The notes under the pieces were generated by a model. It searched no databases. It worked only from the letters and a program-made list of their open reading frames with translations, and was not told where the DNA came from. From contig CM082576.2 in assembly GCA_040954595.2 (NCBI GenBank), forward strand, positions 9,613,129-9,677,128: DNA of 64,000 bases, read 5' to 3'. Within the stretch, counting starts at the first letter, position 1; every line of letters begins with the position of its first letter. Made by a program: the position numbers and the translations under genes. This document shows, one piece after another, positions 40,501-54,400 of this stretch. Source of the DNA: Balanoglossus misakiensis. Its lineage: Eukaryota; Animalia; Hemichordata.

Positions 40501-43500
40501 GCAGTGTTGTCAAATCCATTTTCTGTCCCCCCCCCTCCCATAGTTGTTCAAATCGATCACCCTGTGTATGTTCACATGAGTGACAGGTTTTCTCCAGAGG
40601 AGAAGAGTTTAATCTGCACAGTTTGCAGTTTGACATATTCCTGCCATAATTCCCAGGCAGCTGAGATGTGGACCCCTGACCTTTCCAGTTTTTGACTCTG
40701 GTCCAAACGTTGTTCAACGCAGCCAGATAAGAAATGCTGGCAAGAAATTGGCATCGTGAGTGGCCGGGGATTTGAGGCGAGAGTGAACTCAGTGACATTT
40801 CTTGCACCGAAAGTCAGGAGTTGTACATGTACATGCAGGCGTGTGTATCTGTTTGCGTCTAGATTGCTAATGAGTGGCCGGCATGTTCTGCGCAAACGAT
40901 CATTTTTCATTTTGGCATCAGACAAGCCAGCTTCCCTATAAGTGGCCCGGCTGTCAGTCATGATTGCTGTGTGGAGAGATTTCAAGGGTTGCGCAGTTTA
41001 GAGTCTGCGAAGTCCATGCCAGAATTGGTCACCATTATTGTGGTTTGTTTATCAGCCTATTGAATGTAAAAGCAATTCGAATAACTTTCATATCAATATT
41101 TTAATCGATAAGATTGCAAAAGACTTATATTAATAAACACCATGGAAATATATTTATTTTCAAGAACAATAACTAATGTGAGGACCAGGGATTAATGACA
41201 CAGTGTCTTTCATTTGAAAGATGCACTATCAGCCCAGTCCGATGCTGGTAGAACTATTGAACATGCTATGAGCTCACAATTTGGGGTTTTCTCTCTCTCT
41301 CTCTCTCTCTTGTACAGAATATTCCAGATATTTACATGCAAGACTGGACACACCGGTCGCAGAGTTTAATATGGACATGGAACTACAGGGTAATTTTAAA
41401 GACAACTGGGCGAAAGGCGTCCCGTTCAAATTCCCAGGTTATGAGGAGCAACCGGGTTTAGCACCTGAAATCAGGTGAGGAGATATGACCATGTGGCCTT
41501 TTTTTACATCAAAAAGTAACAAAACATCCCTGAGCAAAAGTCTATAACTTATTTTTCTCTTTCTTCAGTGTTTACAGTGTTTATCTCAATTTTTTGTGTC
41601 TGTACATTTTATTTTCAGTGATATAGATCCAGTGACGTTTGATGACCTTTCACCAGATGCGCAGACATTAATATGCAAAGCGGCCAAAATAGGGCCACTG
41701 ATGCAGTACAGTGCAGATGGTTTCCTTCCCAACATACGCAGTCATCTGGCCATGGGGCTGGCGGTCCTGGAGATCGCCCAGACGATGCAGCAGTATTGGA
41801 GAGCGCCAAAAATATTAAAAGCCCTCATTGGGCGGAGATGGCGGGAAGTTTTTGACATTGCTGTGAAATGGAGAAGGTGAGGACAACTTGTGTGCCTACA
41901 TGCAAGTGAAACAAAGAGCAGAGAAACCAAGCCAGTACATTGTATCTGGTCAGAAAGAGTGAAGTAGCCATGCAGATATTTTTTGCCAGCCTCTCAATCT
42001 GCACCACCCCTGACGTCTATCTCTCCCTCCCTTTTTCCACACAGGTTGGTCGATCCGGATCAGCCGGTACTCTGGCTGGACATGATGCCGTCGAAAAGCA
42101 TTCAGGCCGGATTCAACAGCCACATGCACCTGATACGGGGTCAGGTCAGCAACATCCGATACACTAAATACTTTGATGTCGTGTTCAACATGACCAAGAG
42201 GATGGTGGGACAGTACGGGTAAGTGTTCAGATTGTTCAGGGCCATCAGAGTGAAAAATCACTGGGTTTTTTCACTCGGAAAATTTTGTCTCCCAGAGGTT
42301 GTGGCCATTGACGATGACTTATTTATATGTATTTCAGTATTTGGTTGAGATTGGCCACACATAAATTTCACTTAACTGTTCTGCATTGCCAAGGCGATAT
42401 TGAAGGATCAAATTGATATTGGAAAGCATTGAGCAACAACGCCCTCTACAGGCCACATTTAGATCAGGACGGTGGGGGTCATTGCCATCCGGGCATGCGG
42501 CGATGAATTACGAAGTACAGTGAACCTTTCCAAGCCATGAAATTCTAACTGCACGCGTGTCCACTTGGTTGACTTGTTAAAATTATGAAGTTATAGCTTT
42601 TGACATCTTGCTTAACACGGTGTGAATGTGTTAAACTGGCAAATAAAATGACACGCTAGACTCTGTACCGTCCGCCAATGGGCGCCACCTGCTTGACTTT
42701 TTGGCCCGTTAATTTTCCTCAGTGGAGAAAACACCAGGTGGTCTGGATTTGATTGCCAAAAACAAAACGGTGCAAAGTATGTAGGGCGATTAACCGTCTG
42801 AGAAAAGGTCAGGTGGTTAAATTATGAAATGGAATGTTTGTTTTGGTTCTGCCGCAAATCTGAAAATGAATCTTGTGATTGATTTTTTTTTTTTTTTTGA
42901 TATCTGTGTTCATTCTCAGGGTAAACGGTAAGAGGACGGAGAGAGACATTTCAAACGCTCTGGAAAAAATTACAACCTGCGAGGAGCTGCTGAAATTTGT
43001 CAAGAAAATAAAAGGCAATAAAAATGGCGGTCCGGGTTTCATGGTCGCCACCAAAGTCAACAGTATCAAGGATAAAAATGCCAGATATGATGGTGTGATG
43101 TTTACCATGACCGGGGATGGGTGAGTGGTTTTGTCTAGAATTCCAATGGGGGGGGGGGGGGGTGTCACCATATGACATATTGCCTGTGGCAAAGATTGCA
43201 GGATCACTTTCATGAGCTCTCTTTTTTCTAACTTTACTGCTAAAAAGGAATTGAATTTATTGAAAAAATGCTCTTTGAATTTTATTTCCTGAAATTTATT
43301 TTCAACTTCAAACACATCTGTTAAACATCATATGTGCTCTTTCAGAAATGGATATTTATTTTCAATCGATACTGCCACGACCAAGAAACGTACAGAGCAG
43401 TACCATGCGGAGTTGGAGTATATTTGGAATCTGCTGACAGAGGAGGCCAGAAAAGGCCAAACGAGAGATATGGTAAGATTATTACATCATCTCTGGTAGG

Positions 43501-44682
43501 CTGCATAAATTTGTGCATCGGTCTTTTATCAAAATAATCTTTGTGACCAGTTAGCTAATTCTAAAAACAGCATCTACACTGCAGCATATGCTGGTAACAA
43601 CAAAATGGCCAGTCAAATGATGTCATATATCTTATCTTCGATACACAAAATTGTGCTACAAAAATTTATGTAACAACTGCTTTTTCTCTCTTTTTCAGGA
43701 TGTAGACTCAGTGATTAACTTAATATTATCTCTGGTCTATTATTTTTATAATTTAATGCCTCTTTCGAGAGGTTCAAGGTTAGTAAAAATTCTGATAGTT
43801 TTATAGTAAAATGTGAAGTGTGGATCTACAGGATACATTTTATTCTTGTGTGATTCAGAACTATTAAACTCTGAGAGTTTTTTTTTATAAAATAGGAAAG
43901 TGTGTCTCATGTAAACTCTTAAGGTGGTTGTGTGAAAAAAAATAATTTAAATACAAGAAGTACATGTATTGGGCTATAACAAGAAAGCTATGATGTCGTT
44001 TGGTAGTTTTCTGAGCTGGGTTAAAAGGGACTTATAAATGTTGACTGTTTGGTTGAAGGTTAACCTCACATACATAGTGCTGATAACTTGAAATGACAGA
44101 ACGTTTTCGTTGACTCGATTGCAGTGTGGTGGCGTACTCTGTGGCCATGGGTCTGTTCATGGCAATGGGCAGGGAAGTCACTGGAAAGATTCCAAAGGGG
44201 AAATTAGTGGACATGGAAGCCATGCTGACGGGCAATCCAGACGCGTTTACGGCACTGGTGAAAAGTTGGATGAGCGTTCACAGGTTTGTGTGTTTAGTGG
44301 AGAATGTCAGCTGCCGATGTAATCAGTGCAGTCTCTGCGAATACATGCATCTTTTACATGCTCAACTCCATACTTGTTAGTTACATGTACATTGTACTTC
44401 AGTGACTGTGAAAATCAAATGAACATGGTTCTCTTATGAGACAAGTTGTAAAGCAATAAAATGAGTTTTTTGTTGCATGCGCCTAAGATAACTGATTTGT
44501 TTGGTAACAAAACTCCAATCTGCCATTATTGTTTAATATTTTCCAAACTCTAACTTCAGGATATCTCTGATTCCTCCAACAGGTCATCGACGAACATTTC
44601 CGTTCAGCCAAAAGTTTCAGACACATTCCCGACACTGAGGGCGATGTTTGAGGCTCTGATTGTGGGTGCGGATGCTTGCTAA
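25551..44682 (+). CDS. TTC13: Tetratricopeptide repeat protein 13 (signal peptide, TPRs, conserved C-terminal domain), 18 exons, ~860 aa
   Basis: Exons 25551-25827, 29453-29577, 30830-30905, 31247-31383, 34156-34239, 34603-34719, 37863-37973, 39058-39140, 39736-39877, 40026-40200, 41318-41474, 41619-41876, 42045-42218, 42920-43120, 43346-43472, 43699-43778, 44125-44283, 44583-44682 are phase-consistent (2583 nt). TTC13-typical peptides: VPFATGD, EYSRYLHARLDTP, WREVFDIAVKWRR, GFNSHMHLIRGQ, YYFYNLMPLSRGS, GKIPKGKLVDMEAM, VSDTFPTLRAM. Confidence 0.93.
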
Positions 44683-46682
44683 TCGACAAGTCTTATGTGC
44701 TCCAGCAGACTTCAGCTCATCGTGCGTTTTAATCTGACAACAAAAGAAGTGGCTTTTATGTATTATATATTGTATTTTAACAAAAAAGTTACTGAACATT
44801 TTTTTATTGATGCCATCTCTGAGGATATCTAATCAGAATGAGCAAAACGGTGCAAATCTCTGAGGTTTCAGAAATAGAAGCATGACGTGTGGTTTACTTG
44901 GACCTTTAAAAATCACTATGGTGCATGCCTTGTTTTTTTATTATCGTCATCATACCTGAATGTACAGATATTTTCAACTTGTCTTTTGAATGTGGGATCA
45001 AAGTCGCTACTAGTCTGGAATCACCAAGGAACCAGTGCCAAGCATCCATAAAAAATGTTTTGCCGTCCTCCTCTTCTGCTAACAACAAACACCTGATCGT
45101 TGTGGAATGTCCTTCACTACTACCAAACATTTATCCATTCCATTCTTCGGCCATGGAAGATTGAATTACAAACTCCAAGGTTTGAAACGGTGTCTGATTA
45201 TCATTGTTGGGTAAAATTCATTTCTGTTTGTAAAGAGTCTGCAGCCATGTCAGTCATGTGTCTCTCCAGCGTTCACTCAGTGAAGTCAGTAAGTATTTGC
45301 AGTTGTCCATTTTCCACATCCATTTTCCCCCCAAGTTCATTTTTTTTACTGCAGAAAGAATCTAACTCACTGCCGTGTTGCCTTCTGTGAAGACGTCAGT
45401 AACGCAACTCAAAGTGTTATTAATTTGCTCTCCATATTGTTAACGGTTGACAGGTGATATGTTATGTTTTAGGCATGTTATGCATTTTGCCATGGCTGGA
45501 TTTGACACTCTGTTTGCACTTTAAAAATCTATTTATAACAGTTTTTTCCAGCAATTTTTTTGCAATCTATACTTGTGGTGACCCTGCAGGAAATGCATGC
45601 GTCTCTGGGTCAAAGGTCATAGTTTTGGGGAAGCCATGGTTTGCTCACATGGACGTTGGCTCTACTACAGCCTCATTTTGAAGAGAGCAAAGAGACCTTG
45701 GGCAGGCGAAGATGTCTCCAAGCACATTATGCAATATGTAGCTACAGAAAAAGGAGTATACAACTTCCAGCACACGACCCACCTTTCCATTGACCAGATT
45801 ACGTGCCCACAAACACTGCCGGGATGCTTATACAAATAAAATCCTCCATTCAACACACCAACTACCATTCCATTCCCTAAACCTGCTAGAGTGCAATTGC
45901 AAAAAAAACAAGGAATTGTTTTGTCTTTTAATACTTTTGAATTAAAAAAAAATCAGGAATATTTAGAATATGCAATTTATTTAATATGAATAGCCAATTT
46001 TATTTGGTGAGAATCCTTCCCTCCTCAAGGCTATACAGCGAGATATTGTAAGCCATAGAAAGTAAAGAACATAACATTGTGTACCAGAGAAATCATGTCT
46101 AGTAGTTGTAATGGCATAAAAGTTTCACGCTTGATTTCATTTTTAGTCTTGCAAAAAGTGTGTAAGAATTGACTGTCATTGGCATAAAATGATGTTCTGA
46201 AATTGAGAAGTCATTGACATTGACAGTTTTCGTGCTGGACTCCAAACTGCCAAAAGACTTTTGTGTACTTCATATTGAGAAACATTCCTCCCCATTTTTG
46301 AAAGACAAGTGTTTGTACATTTTTAATCCAGGTGCTAATAAAACATCCTGAAAAACAGACTATTTGTAGTTTTTTTCTAGTAATTTTCGAAAATTAGATC
46401 TAGGGGTCAGTTGTACACTTCAGTTATTCAACAAATTAGTGCAGTTCACCGAAAATGAGTTCAAACATCCTGTTTTAAAACAAAATTTCAATTTCGAAAC
46501 GTGTGTTCTTAAAGAATCAAGGAAAAATAAAACCAAAACATACAATGATAGGTTGATATAAAATCTTTATTTTCTCTACAAAATCTAGCCATCCTACAAA
46601 CAAAAGGCTTCAAACGACGAAAAACAAAGAACAACAGTGTATAAGGATAATGTACAGTTCTTTCTCATGACTGCTGTTTTCC

Positions 46683-49600
46683 CTATCTGAAGAATGGCTG
46701 ACTTTTCCCAGTGCTGCTTCTCCTTTGATCAGTCCTTCCTGTGATTCGCACCATGGCTAGTCCCGTGGCCGCAGCAGAGGGGGGCAGCCCTGCCACCCCT
46801 GGAGACGTCGGCGGTGGTGGGCCCCTAGGGGCGCCTGGCATCGGCCCCCTGGGGGCCCAAGACTGGGTGGCCGCCGCGCCAACTGCACCCATGAAACTAG
46901 AGTGTTCTCCGATACCCGAACCCGTGGTGCCCGCCGGGTACTGTTCGGGGTTGTTGTACTGCTGGGGCTGTGTGGGGTACGTCGGGGGTGGGTAGTTCTT
47001 GGTCGGCGTCAACGAGTACGAGCTGGTGTTGGTGGCGCCGGCCCGGCTGTAGGACTGGGCCGACGCTTGCGGCTGCAGGGTCATGTCTTGAGTCGCAGCG
47101 GGGGGCATGTTGTGCTGCGACAAGCTTTGCTGCACCTGCTGCTGCTGCTGCTGCGGTGGCAGTGGTGGTGGTGGGCCTTGGTACGTCTGTCCTGTGGTGT
47201 GTTGCTGGGCAGCTGCATACTGGTTGGATTGATACTGGCCGGAATACTGCGGCGGTGGTGGCTGCGACTGCGGTGCTGCTGCTGCCGGAGTGCTGTACTG
47301 TCCGCTGGGCGCAACATACCCGGCGCTGGACTGACTGGTGCTCTGCTGCCCGTAGGATGCTCTGTACGCCGCCGAGTAATCCTGCGCCGTGTAGTTCTGC
47401 GAGTATTGCTCCTGCGTTCCGTAACCCTGCTGGGTTGGTGGCTGGCTCTGGGCGTAGCTGTACGCCTCGCCCTGGCCGTAGCTCGCGCTGGTTGCAGACT
47501 GGGTCGTCTGCGTGGGCGGAGCGCTGGAATACTGGTAGCCGGCGCTCGGCTGCTGCTGGTAGTCCTGAGGGGTGCCGTAGGCCGCGCCGCCGCTCCCGGC
47601 CTGCTGGTACGTCGCAGGCTGATAGGCGCCGGTGAGGGGCGCGGTGGGTTGCGGCGGTACGTCGTACGCTGGGGGCTGCGGCGCCTGTGGGACTGGTGGC
47701 AGTGTAGGTGCTGGGGCGAAACTGGTCGCAGGAGCGGCAGGCTGCTGCGAGTACTGCGGCGGTTGGCCGGCCGGTGGTGCTGCGGCGGTCTCCTGTGTTG
47801 GTTGCAGCTGAGCGTGAGTTGGTGGCTGAGCGGGCAGCGGAGGTTTCTCCAAGGGCGGGAGTGGTTGTTGTGGTATGGGCGCTGTGCTGGAAGGTGGCAT
47901 GGGATGTTCTTGTTTCATTCTCTTCATAGCAGGGTCATCTGGATGGGATAAACAACAACAAAGCTGATGACAACTTGAATGTTTAGGCATAAAAAGCATG
48001 TTTTCTACACCCTACTGCACCTTACAAGTTATAGTCATTGAAAGTTAATTATCATATAACTACATGTACTTCAGTAGAAAACAGTTATGAGACTGTACAG
48101 CAAAACCTGTCATTAGGGCCTACACACACCTCTCTATCAGAACACCTACATAAGGCTACATAAGAGAGGAAAATGTTGTCATATATAGAGTCAAGCATGA
48201 TTATTATGACAGCCTCTCACCTGGTGGTGGTGTCGGAGGAGCAGGCTCTGGTGGTGTCTTCTAAAATGTAAAAATTTTCAATAGTTTAGCACGTGCCAGG
48301 ATTCTGACAATAGTCAACAAATACTGTAAAACGGAGAATTTTCACAGCAGGAAATGTTTGTGTCACTTAAAACCCCCAACTGATCTGCCACGCTAGACTT
48401 GTACCTATGACTCTGCAGAAAATGATTGCTGGTTTTGGCACAAGATGAAAAAGCTGGCATCAGAGAACCCAGGCCAGGTTGAATCATCACTGAATGTGTG
48501 CACTTCTTTCGGCGAGCCACTCTCACCAATTTCCCTTTCAGTGGAGTTTCACTGAATAATGAATTCACTGAAGTCTGATTGGAGGCCACACTTACTGGTC
48601 GTTTCGGCTTTACACTGGGGCTGACAGCTGCCTCAGGCGGCGTTTTCGGTCTCTGCTGACCGGGCTCCTGTCCTGGCGTGTATAGATCCAATACCTGATG
48701 GCAAATATCTGAAAAAGAACCATGATTGAATAAAGTGATCATCTCGAAGTATTTTTTTCAGTTCATAAAGTTTTTTTAATGGAAGTAGTGTAAACTGTAG
48801 CAAAACCACAATTCCATGTATCAAATATTCATCATCTGTGGCATTGTTTCTTTATCATAAAGCTGTCACTTGGCTGCAGAAAAACTACAGCTAAATACCA
48901 ACAGTTCTTCATACCTTCTAGCATTTCCAGAGTGACGTCCTCAATGAACGGATCCCACCACTTTGTTCGACTGCTCTTACACTGCCAGTCAAGGACGTCG
49001 CTCTTGGACAGTCTCCCGGCCAGGTACATCACGGCCACTGCCAGTACCTGTGGCTCCCACTGCAGGCACAGAGTGGTGCACAGACTGATGCAAAGGAAGA
49101 GAAGTGCACAACATTCATGATTCTGAGAGAACAATGATTAATTAAACATGTACACTGTATTCAGATGTCAAAGAGATGTGTGAGAATCCACATTTTCAGT
49201 GGGGATGATAAAATAGCTGTTACTCACCTGTCATTGATGAATGTCCAGCCCATCTGCACAAGTTTCTGGATCTTGGTAATGTCTCCCTTGATTCGCTTGG
49301 CATACTTCAGCAAGTAGCTGTACGGGTGGTCCACCTGAAGATCAAACTTGATGGTCTGAAGAAGAATCCTCTCAAACGTCATGATTTCCTCCTGCAAACA
49401 CACACAGATGAAATGAGGGATTAAAAGAAGCAATATACCCGTACATGTAAATGTCACTTCAGAGATACGTTTCCTGCTTTGGTATTGCATACATGTATCA
49501 CATTTGCCAGGAGTGTTTTAGACATGCTACATGTATGCTCCACTACGATAGGTGAAATGTGTAGTTAAAAATGCGCAGTTAATGCTCAATTTGTAACTGA

Positions 49601-50373
49601 CACAAATATGCCATCATACCTTTGGATCCTCTCCAAACGTGACAAAGTAATGGTCTGGAAGAAGTGTCTTGGCTGCTCTCACTATGTCTTTGCACTTCTT
49701 GGGTGTTTCTTCTACTTTACCAGCAAGGAACAGACACGCAGCACCTGTGACCTGCAAAGAATCACACAGGACCGTGAAATACATAACTTGCTGCTGCTGC
49801 TGAACTTTCAGATATGGATTAGTAACAAATATATGAGTATTGGGGAATGCATGTCTTTCAGAAATTAACCCAGTAGTGTACAACTGTAGCCTGGAGAAGT
49901 GTTTAAGCCATACATGTACTTACATATCTTGGAAAAGACTTAAATGAATGGAACATGTAAAATCTATGGAAGTACACCACTCCTGTAGCAAGTGTGTCGT
50001 ATCTCCTGTTGTAGAGCAGTGGGGTCAAGGAAAAGTACATTTCAACAGATCCAATATTACAGGAGATATAAAGTCAAGGGGTTGTTTTGCAGGCAGTCTC
50101 CGCAGATATCCATTGATTAATACTAATTCTTTGCTAGTATGTTTTCAAGGTTCCATTTGCTGATGATTGCATCAACTTGGTCGAAATGTTATACATTACA
50201 TGTACATTTTTCTACAAGGTTAGTTTGAAAGGATACAGTCCTAGACTGGTTCCAGCATCGATGATAAACCTGGCCCCTTCTTTCCTGTATCTTGCCTCTA
50301 TGGAGAAATCTATCCCATCCTCCTTGCTTGGGGTCTTTTTCAGTTCACTCTTCTCATAATACCAGATCGGCAT
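46683..50373 (-). CDS. CCNK: Cyclin K, 8 coding exons, ~720 aa, with a long P/Q/Y-rich C-terminal tail
   Basis: Exons (5'->3') 50373-50237, 50005-49924, 49751-49620, 49391-49228, 49084-48915, 48708-48527, 48260-48221, 47938-46683 are phase-consistent. Cyclin K peptides: [97 protein letters not shown]. Confidence 0.96.
50006..50236 (-). other. U12-type (minor spliceosome) GT-AG intron in CCNK
   Basis: 5' splice site GTATCCTTT; branch sequence TTTTCCTTGAC (50024-50034) about 18 nt from the intron end; the flanking exons join in frame (LGL|RYDTL). Confidence 0.9.
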
Positions 50374-50601
50374 CTTTCAATATTTATATTATTACTGCTT
50401 CAAGATATCCAAATTCCTGCAGACAATTAGAAGGTAACATGTTATTTCGGCACTTGTCGTTTTCGGCCCAGTTGTTTCGCACGTCCATACGTTGTGTGTA
50501 CACATGCCACCGGTCCACGGTATGTTTCTCGACGGCATGATTGTTAGATATTTGATCCCAGGCAGATATTTCAAAACGATCACCTAAGTATGGTCTCTTA
50601 C

Positions 50602-50863
50602 CTTTCACAGTATGTCCCCTCAATGTAACTAGCGCCAATGAATTCAGTGAACGGTGTTACTTTCACGAAATCACGACAAAAGGGCACTTGGTTCTCTCAT
50701 TCACGGGGACGCCATGTTTGTTGTGCTGCTGATGCAGAGAGCATTGTGGGTAGTGGGGCGAGTCCACGACTTCCTCTTCCGGGGTTTGCTGAGGGACTGG
50801 GGCGGGCTCGTACAAGTTAGATCGGGTTTCATAAAAAATATGAAAACGTCGTCGTCATAATAG
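50602..50863. promoter_or_regulatory. Bidirectional CpG-rich promoter shared by CCNK (-) and SETD3 (+), with putative non-coding first exons
   Basis: The genes are head-to-head with locally high CpG. Motifs: GC boxes (GGGGCG ~50755, GGGGCGGG ~50799), ETS/GABP-like CTTCCGG (~50776), YY1-like AACATGGCG on the minus strand (~50710-50718). Outward-facing donors: AG|GTAAGA (-, 50602/50601) and AG|GTAGGT (+, 50863/50864). Confidence 0.65.
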
Positions 50864-51454
50864 GTAGGTCTGCTTTTCTGTATTGGGATAAGTCAAATAA
50901 TTTATATTTTGTTGGAAACAGTAATTGCAATATCACACAGAAACATAGTCTGCCCGTGACAACATGTGTAATCCGACCGATGTAAATTGTAAACATTCAT
51001 CACTTATATTGCCAAGTTGGAATGTAGATGTCGTGGCCTTAGTGTCAGACCCAGCTTGATCTGTGGCGTCTCGGCATCATCGCTGCCATAGAGACAGTGG
51101 TATACGGTTACTCCATGCATGCTCGGAAAGACTAGAAGCGATACATTCGCGTGATCGGGAGAGCAACATGTTGTGTGCCTTGTCACTTGTGTTGACGCTG
51201 CGCTTTGCAGAACACATGATCCGGAAAAGATATTTGTGAATTGTGTGTGTCCTATTCATTTACATGTACTTCTCTTTAGTTAGTGCCTTCAGATAAAGAG
51301 ATTGAAGGAAAGGAAGGGGAAGTTTCGTTTCCCGTTCTCCGCAAAGGTTTACCCACTTGAATGATATATGTAAACAACTTTCATTGATTAAGTATCATCA
51401 TCATCATTATTATTAATTATCATTCATTATTAGATTCCACTAGTTAAATGCAAA

Positions 51455-54400
51455 ATGGGGAGAAAAAGCAGAAGAAAACAAGGCCGAAATGCAGACTCAG
51501 ACACATACCGAAGAGAAATGATGACACTTGCAAGTCGTTTACTGGAGAGTAAGTTCGTCGTGTCTGATCATGCATCAAATCATCACCTATTTTTATATAT
51601 CATCATTATTTTCATATTTTCACCAGATCAAATTGCAGGTCACACTACGCTGCTAAGCACAGTCAACTTGGAGCATTGGTGACCCTTTGCCTTTGTTTCC
51701 GTCTATATATTTATATATTTGCTAAAACAAAACACTTCCTTAACAGTTGATACATAGACAAATGAGAAGTACTTTATAAATTATAACTACTTCAACTTCC
51801 TTGTATTTAATGTACAACGACCCTCTCTTTTATGGAAAATATTCAGGGAAAATGACAGAACCAGGAAAGTTAAAAGACTGCAGCAGGAAAATTCATATTA
51901 CATGTATTAAACATGTAGGATGAACTTTGTATTTTTACTGTACATTGTATTTAGTCTAGGTCAAAGGTCAAAGATTAAATATAGAATGACTTTTCACTAT
52001 ATACAGCTTGCCAGGGATGATGAAATATTTAAATACATTTGCTCTTTAGATTTGTAAATTTATTTATTTCAGAGTGTGAGGTTAAGTGAATCAAATTAAG
52101 TCTAACCGGTCCCTGTAGCCCTCTATGTTTACAGACATTAATGTAATCAGTGAAAAAGATTAAAAGTATATTTTGGGAAACTTATATATTCTTGGATGAG
52201 ATGTTGACTGCATTGAAATCATACCTTCTTTTATTGCATTGTACAGAAACAAGTGGTCCCTCATTGTCAGGTGCTAAACAGTGGGAAGAATTCTTGGAAA
52301 TTCACAAACTGGTAGAAAATATCAGAGAAAAGCAAGCTGGTAAGTGAATGAGGCTGAGGATGCCAAGATAAATGGCGCTGCCTGGCAATTTCACCAACGC
52401 AAAATATCTTTCATAAAATAAACCATTTCTCTGCTTGCTAAAAGTAAAAAAGATTTGCTAGCATTTACATGTACTATTTTTTTTTTTTATCTTTTTTGGT
52501 ACCATGTGAAGACATGGGCAGGGAGGAAACCCCAAGAGAAGACGAAATAGAAGTTTTTATGTCCTGGTTAAAAGCCAACAAAGTTGAAATAGACCATGTG
52601 AAGATAGAACAATATCCAAATGAAGGCTTTGGCTTGAAAGCCCTCCGTGAAATCAAGGTGAGGTGTTCAACATTTTGTTGATATGTTTTGGGGGCCGGGG
52701 CTGGTTTATGGTTGACTTTTCTGTAGTCCAATGACCAAGAGCTAAAGACTGGGAGGAACTAGAAAACAGAGTAAATGAACAGTATTTTAGTAGCCTCTGG
52801 TTGGTTTTCTTGGTCATGGCCATGTCTACATGTAGCTGCATCTGTCCATCCTGATTTATCACTCAAAAATGCCTGAACAGATGCAGCAAATCTTTCAGTT
52901 TGCTTTCACATCTTCATGATAGGATCCAATATGGCTGCTTCTTAATGATTTGGACTTGTCCAGGGCTGTTATTCAGACATTCCAGACCTGATCTTCGTAC
53001 AAAGCCTTTAACATCTTACTGCAGATACAAGTGGCAACTGTGTCATCACGGATGACTTGACATGTTCAACTGTTTTTTTTTTTTTTTGTCCATCAGCTTC
53101 ATCAGGACATGTTGGCCATACCTCGGAAAGTAATGCTGACAACAGATACTGCTCGAGCATCTGTGCTAGGTAAGTTGTCAAACTACGGTATAATGAATAT
53201 CTTTTGATGAAATAAAATAACTGAGGGTTCTTGATAGTCCAGCTGAGAATAGTAGCTGCATCCTAAACTATTTCATTGGGTTTTATTTTCTTATAAACCC
53301 ACCATGCTGAGAAATAATTCTCATGTCTCTCAAATCCCAATCCTTCTGCCGCCCTCAGTGACGAATAGTTAGTGATCTCTATGATGCCGTATGGAAGCAG
53401 CCCCTGTTTTAATACCTCCATGACTGTCTTGGCGAAGACAATCTTTGCCAAGCCCTGTCCCCGGTATTCAGGCTCCGTGAAGCCGACACCGATGTCGCCG
53501 TACTCCTTGAACATACACCAAGAAACGGGGCGGCCACTGGAGTCGAACAGCGCGTTCGCATGGCCGTACTTGAGCGACTGTGTGAAGTTTGGCGGTGGTG
53601 TGTCGTTGGCGGCCCACCATCGATTCTCGAGCAGTGGCGCTTGGTTGGCCGGTACTCTTCCCGCGGTCAAACCATCAGGGACGGGTTTGCCGGCAGTCTT
53701 CTCGACCGTGTCCGTATTCTGAAGCAGAAACAGACAGCATTTCTCTTCGCACGCCCGCCTGTATCCTCTCTCGCGACAGACCTCCTCGATGACCTCCGAG
53801 CTCGAGTATGGAACCGTCTCGAACATGATCTCAGCTCTGTCCCAGTCGATCACGCCGGGCTGTCGCAGCAGCCGTCGCAGTTTGGCATTGTCGGTGGTGT
53901 GAAAGAAATACGACCGGTCTGCGGGTGGGCTGTGGTACTGATTTGCCGCGCACACAACAGTGGTCGGACGTGGGCTGTTACGATCGTCTGTGTAGACACT
54001 GATGTTTGGCCAGGCATTCTTGGTCTTGTAGCTGTTCAGGAGCATGTAGTATACGGGATAGCTGGCGGGTGACAGCTTCAGCAGATTTGTTAGCAGTGCT
54101 GCTATTCGCTGTCTCGGCAGGGGCAGTGTCATCGTGAATCATCTGCCGAAAAAAAATAGTCTGATCTCACATACAAGGGCAAGAACTGCATGTACAGATG
54201 TTATGATTTTTACATGGAATATCCTCAACATTACACATGAGCATAACAAATCTCTGTGCTATGTGCTTCTATACTTACCACATATGCAAATGAAATGAAA
54301 ATGGCATGAGTGAGATACTAGTATGTAAATCAGGTATTTTGGGGGGCTCCTGTTTGATGTCTAGCGGCTAGAATGTTCCTGGGGAACACTGGGGTCAACA

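Noticed and set aside
44560-44582. Upstream acceptor (TTCAG| at 44559) for the last TTC13 exon
   Set aside because: It gives an out-of-frame, non-homologous ending; the acceptor at 44582 restores VSDTFPTLRAM.
46902-47951. 349-aa and 221-aa plus-strand ORFs
   Set aside because: Antisense shadows of the low-complexity CCNK last exon.
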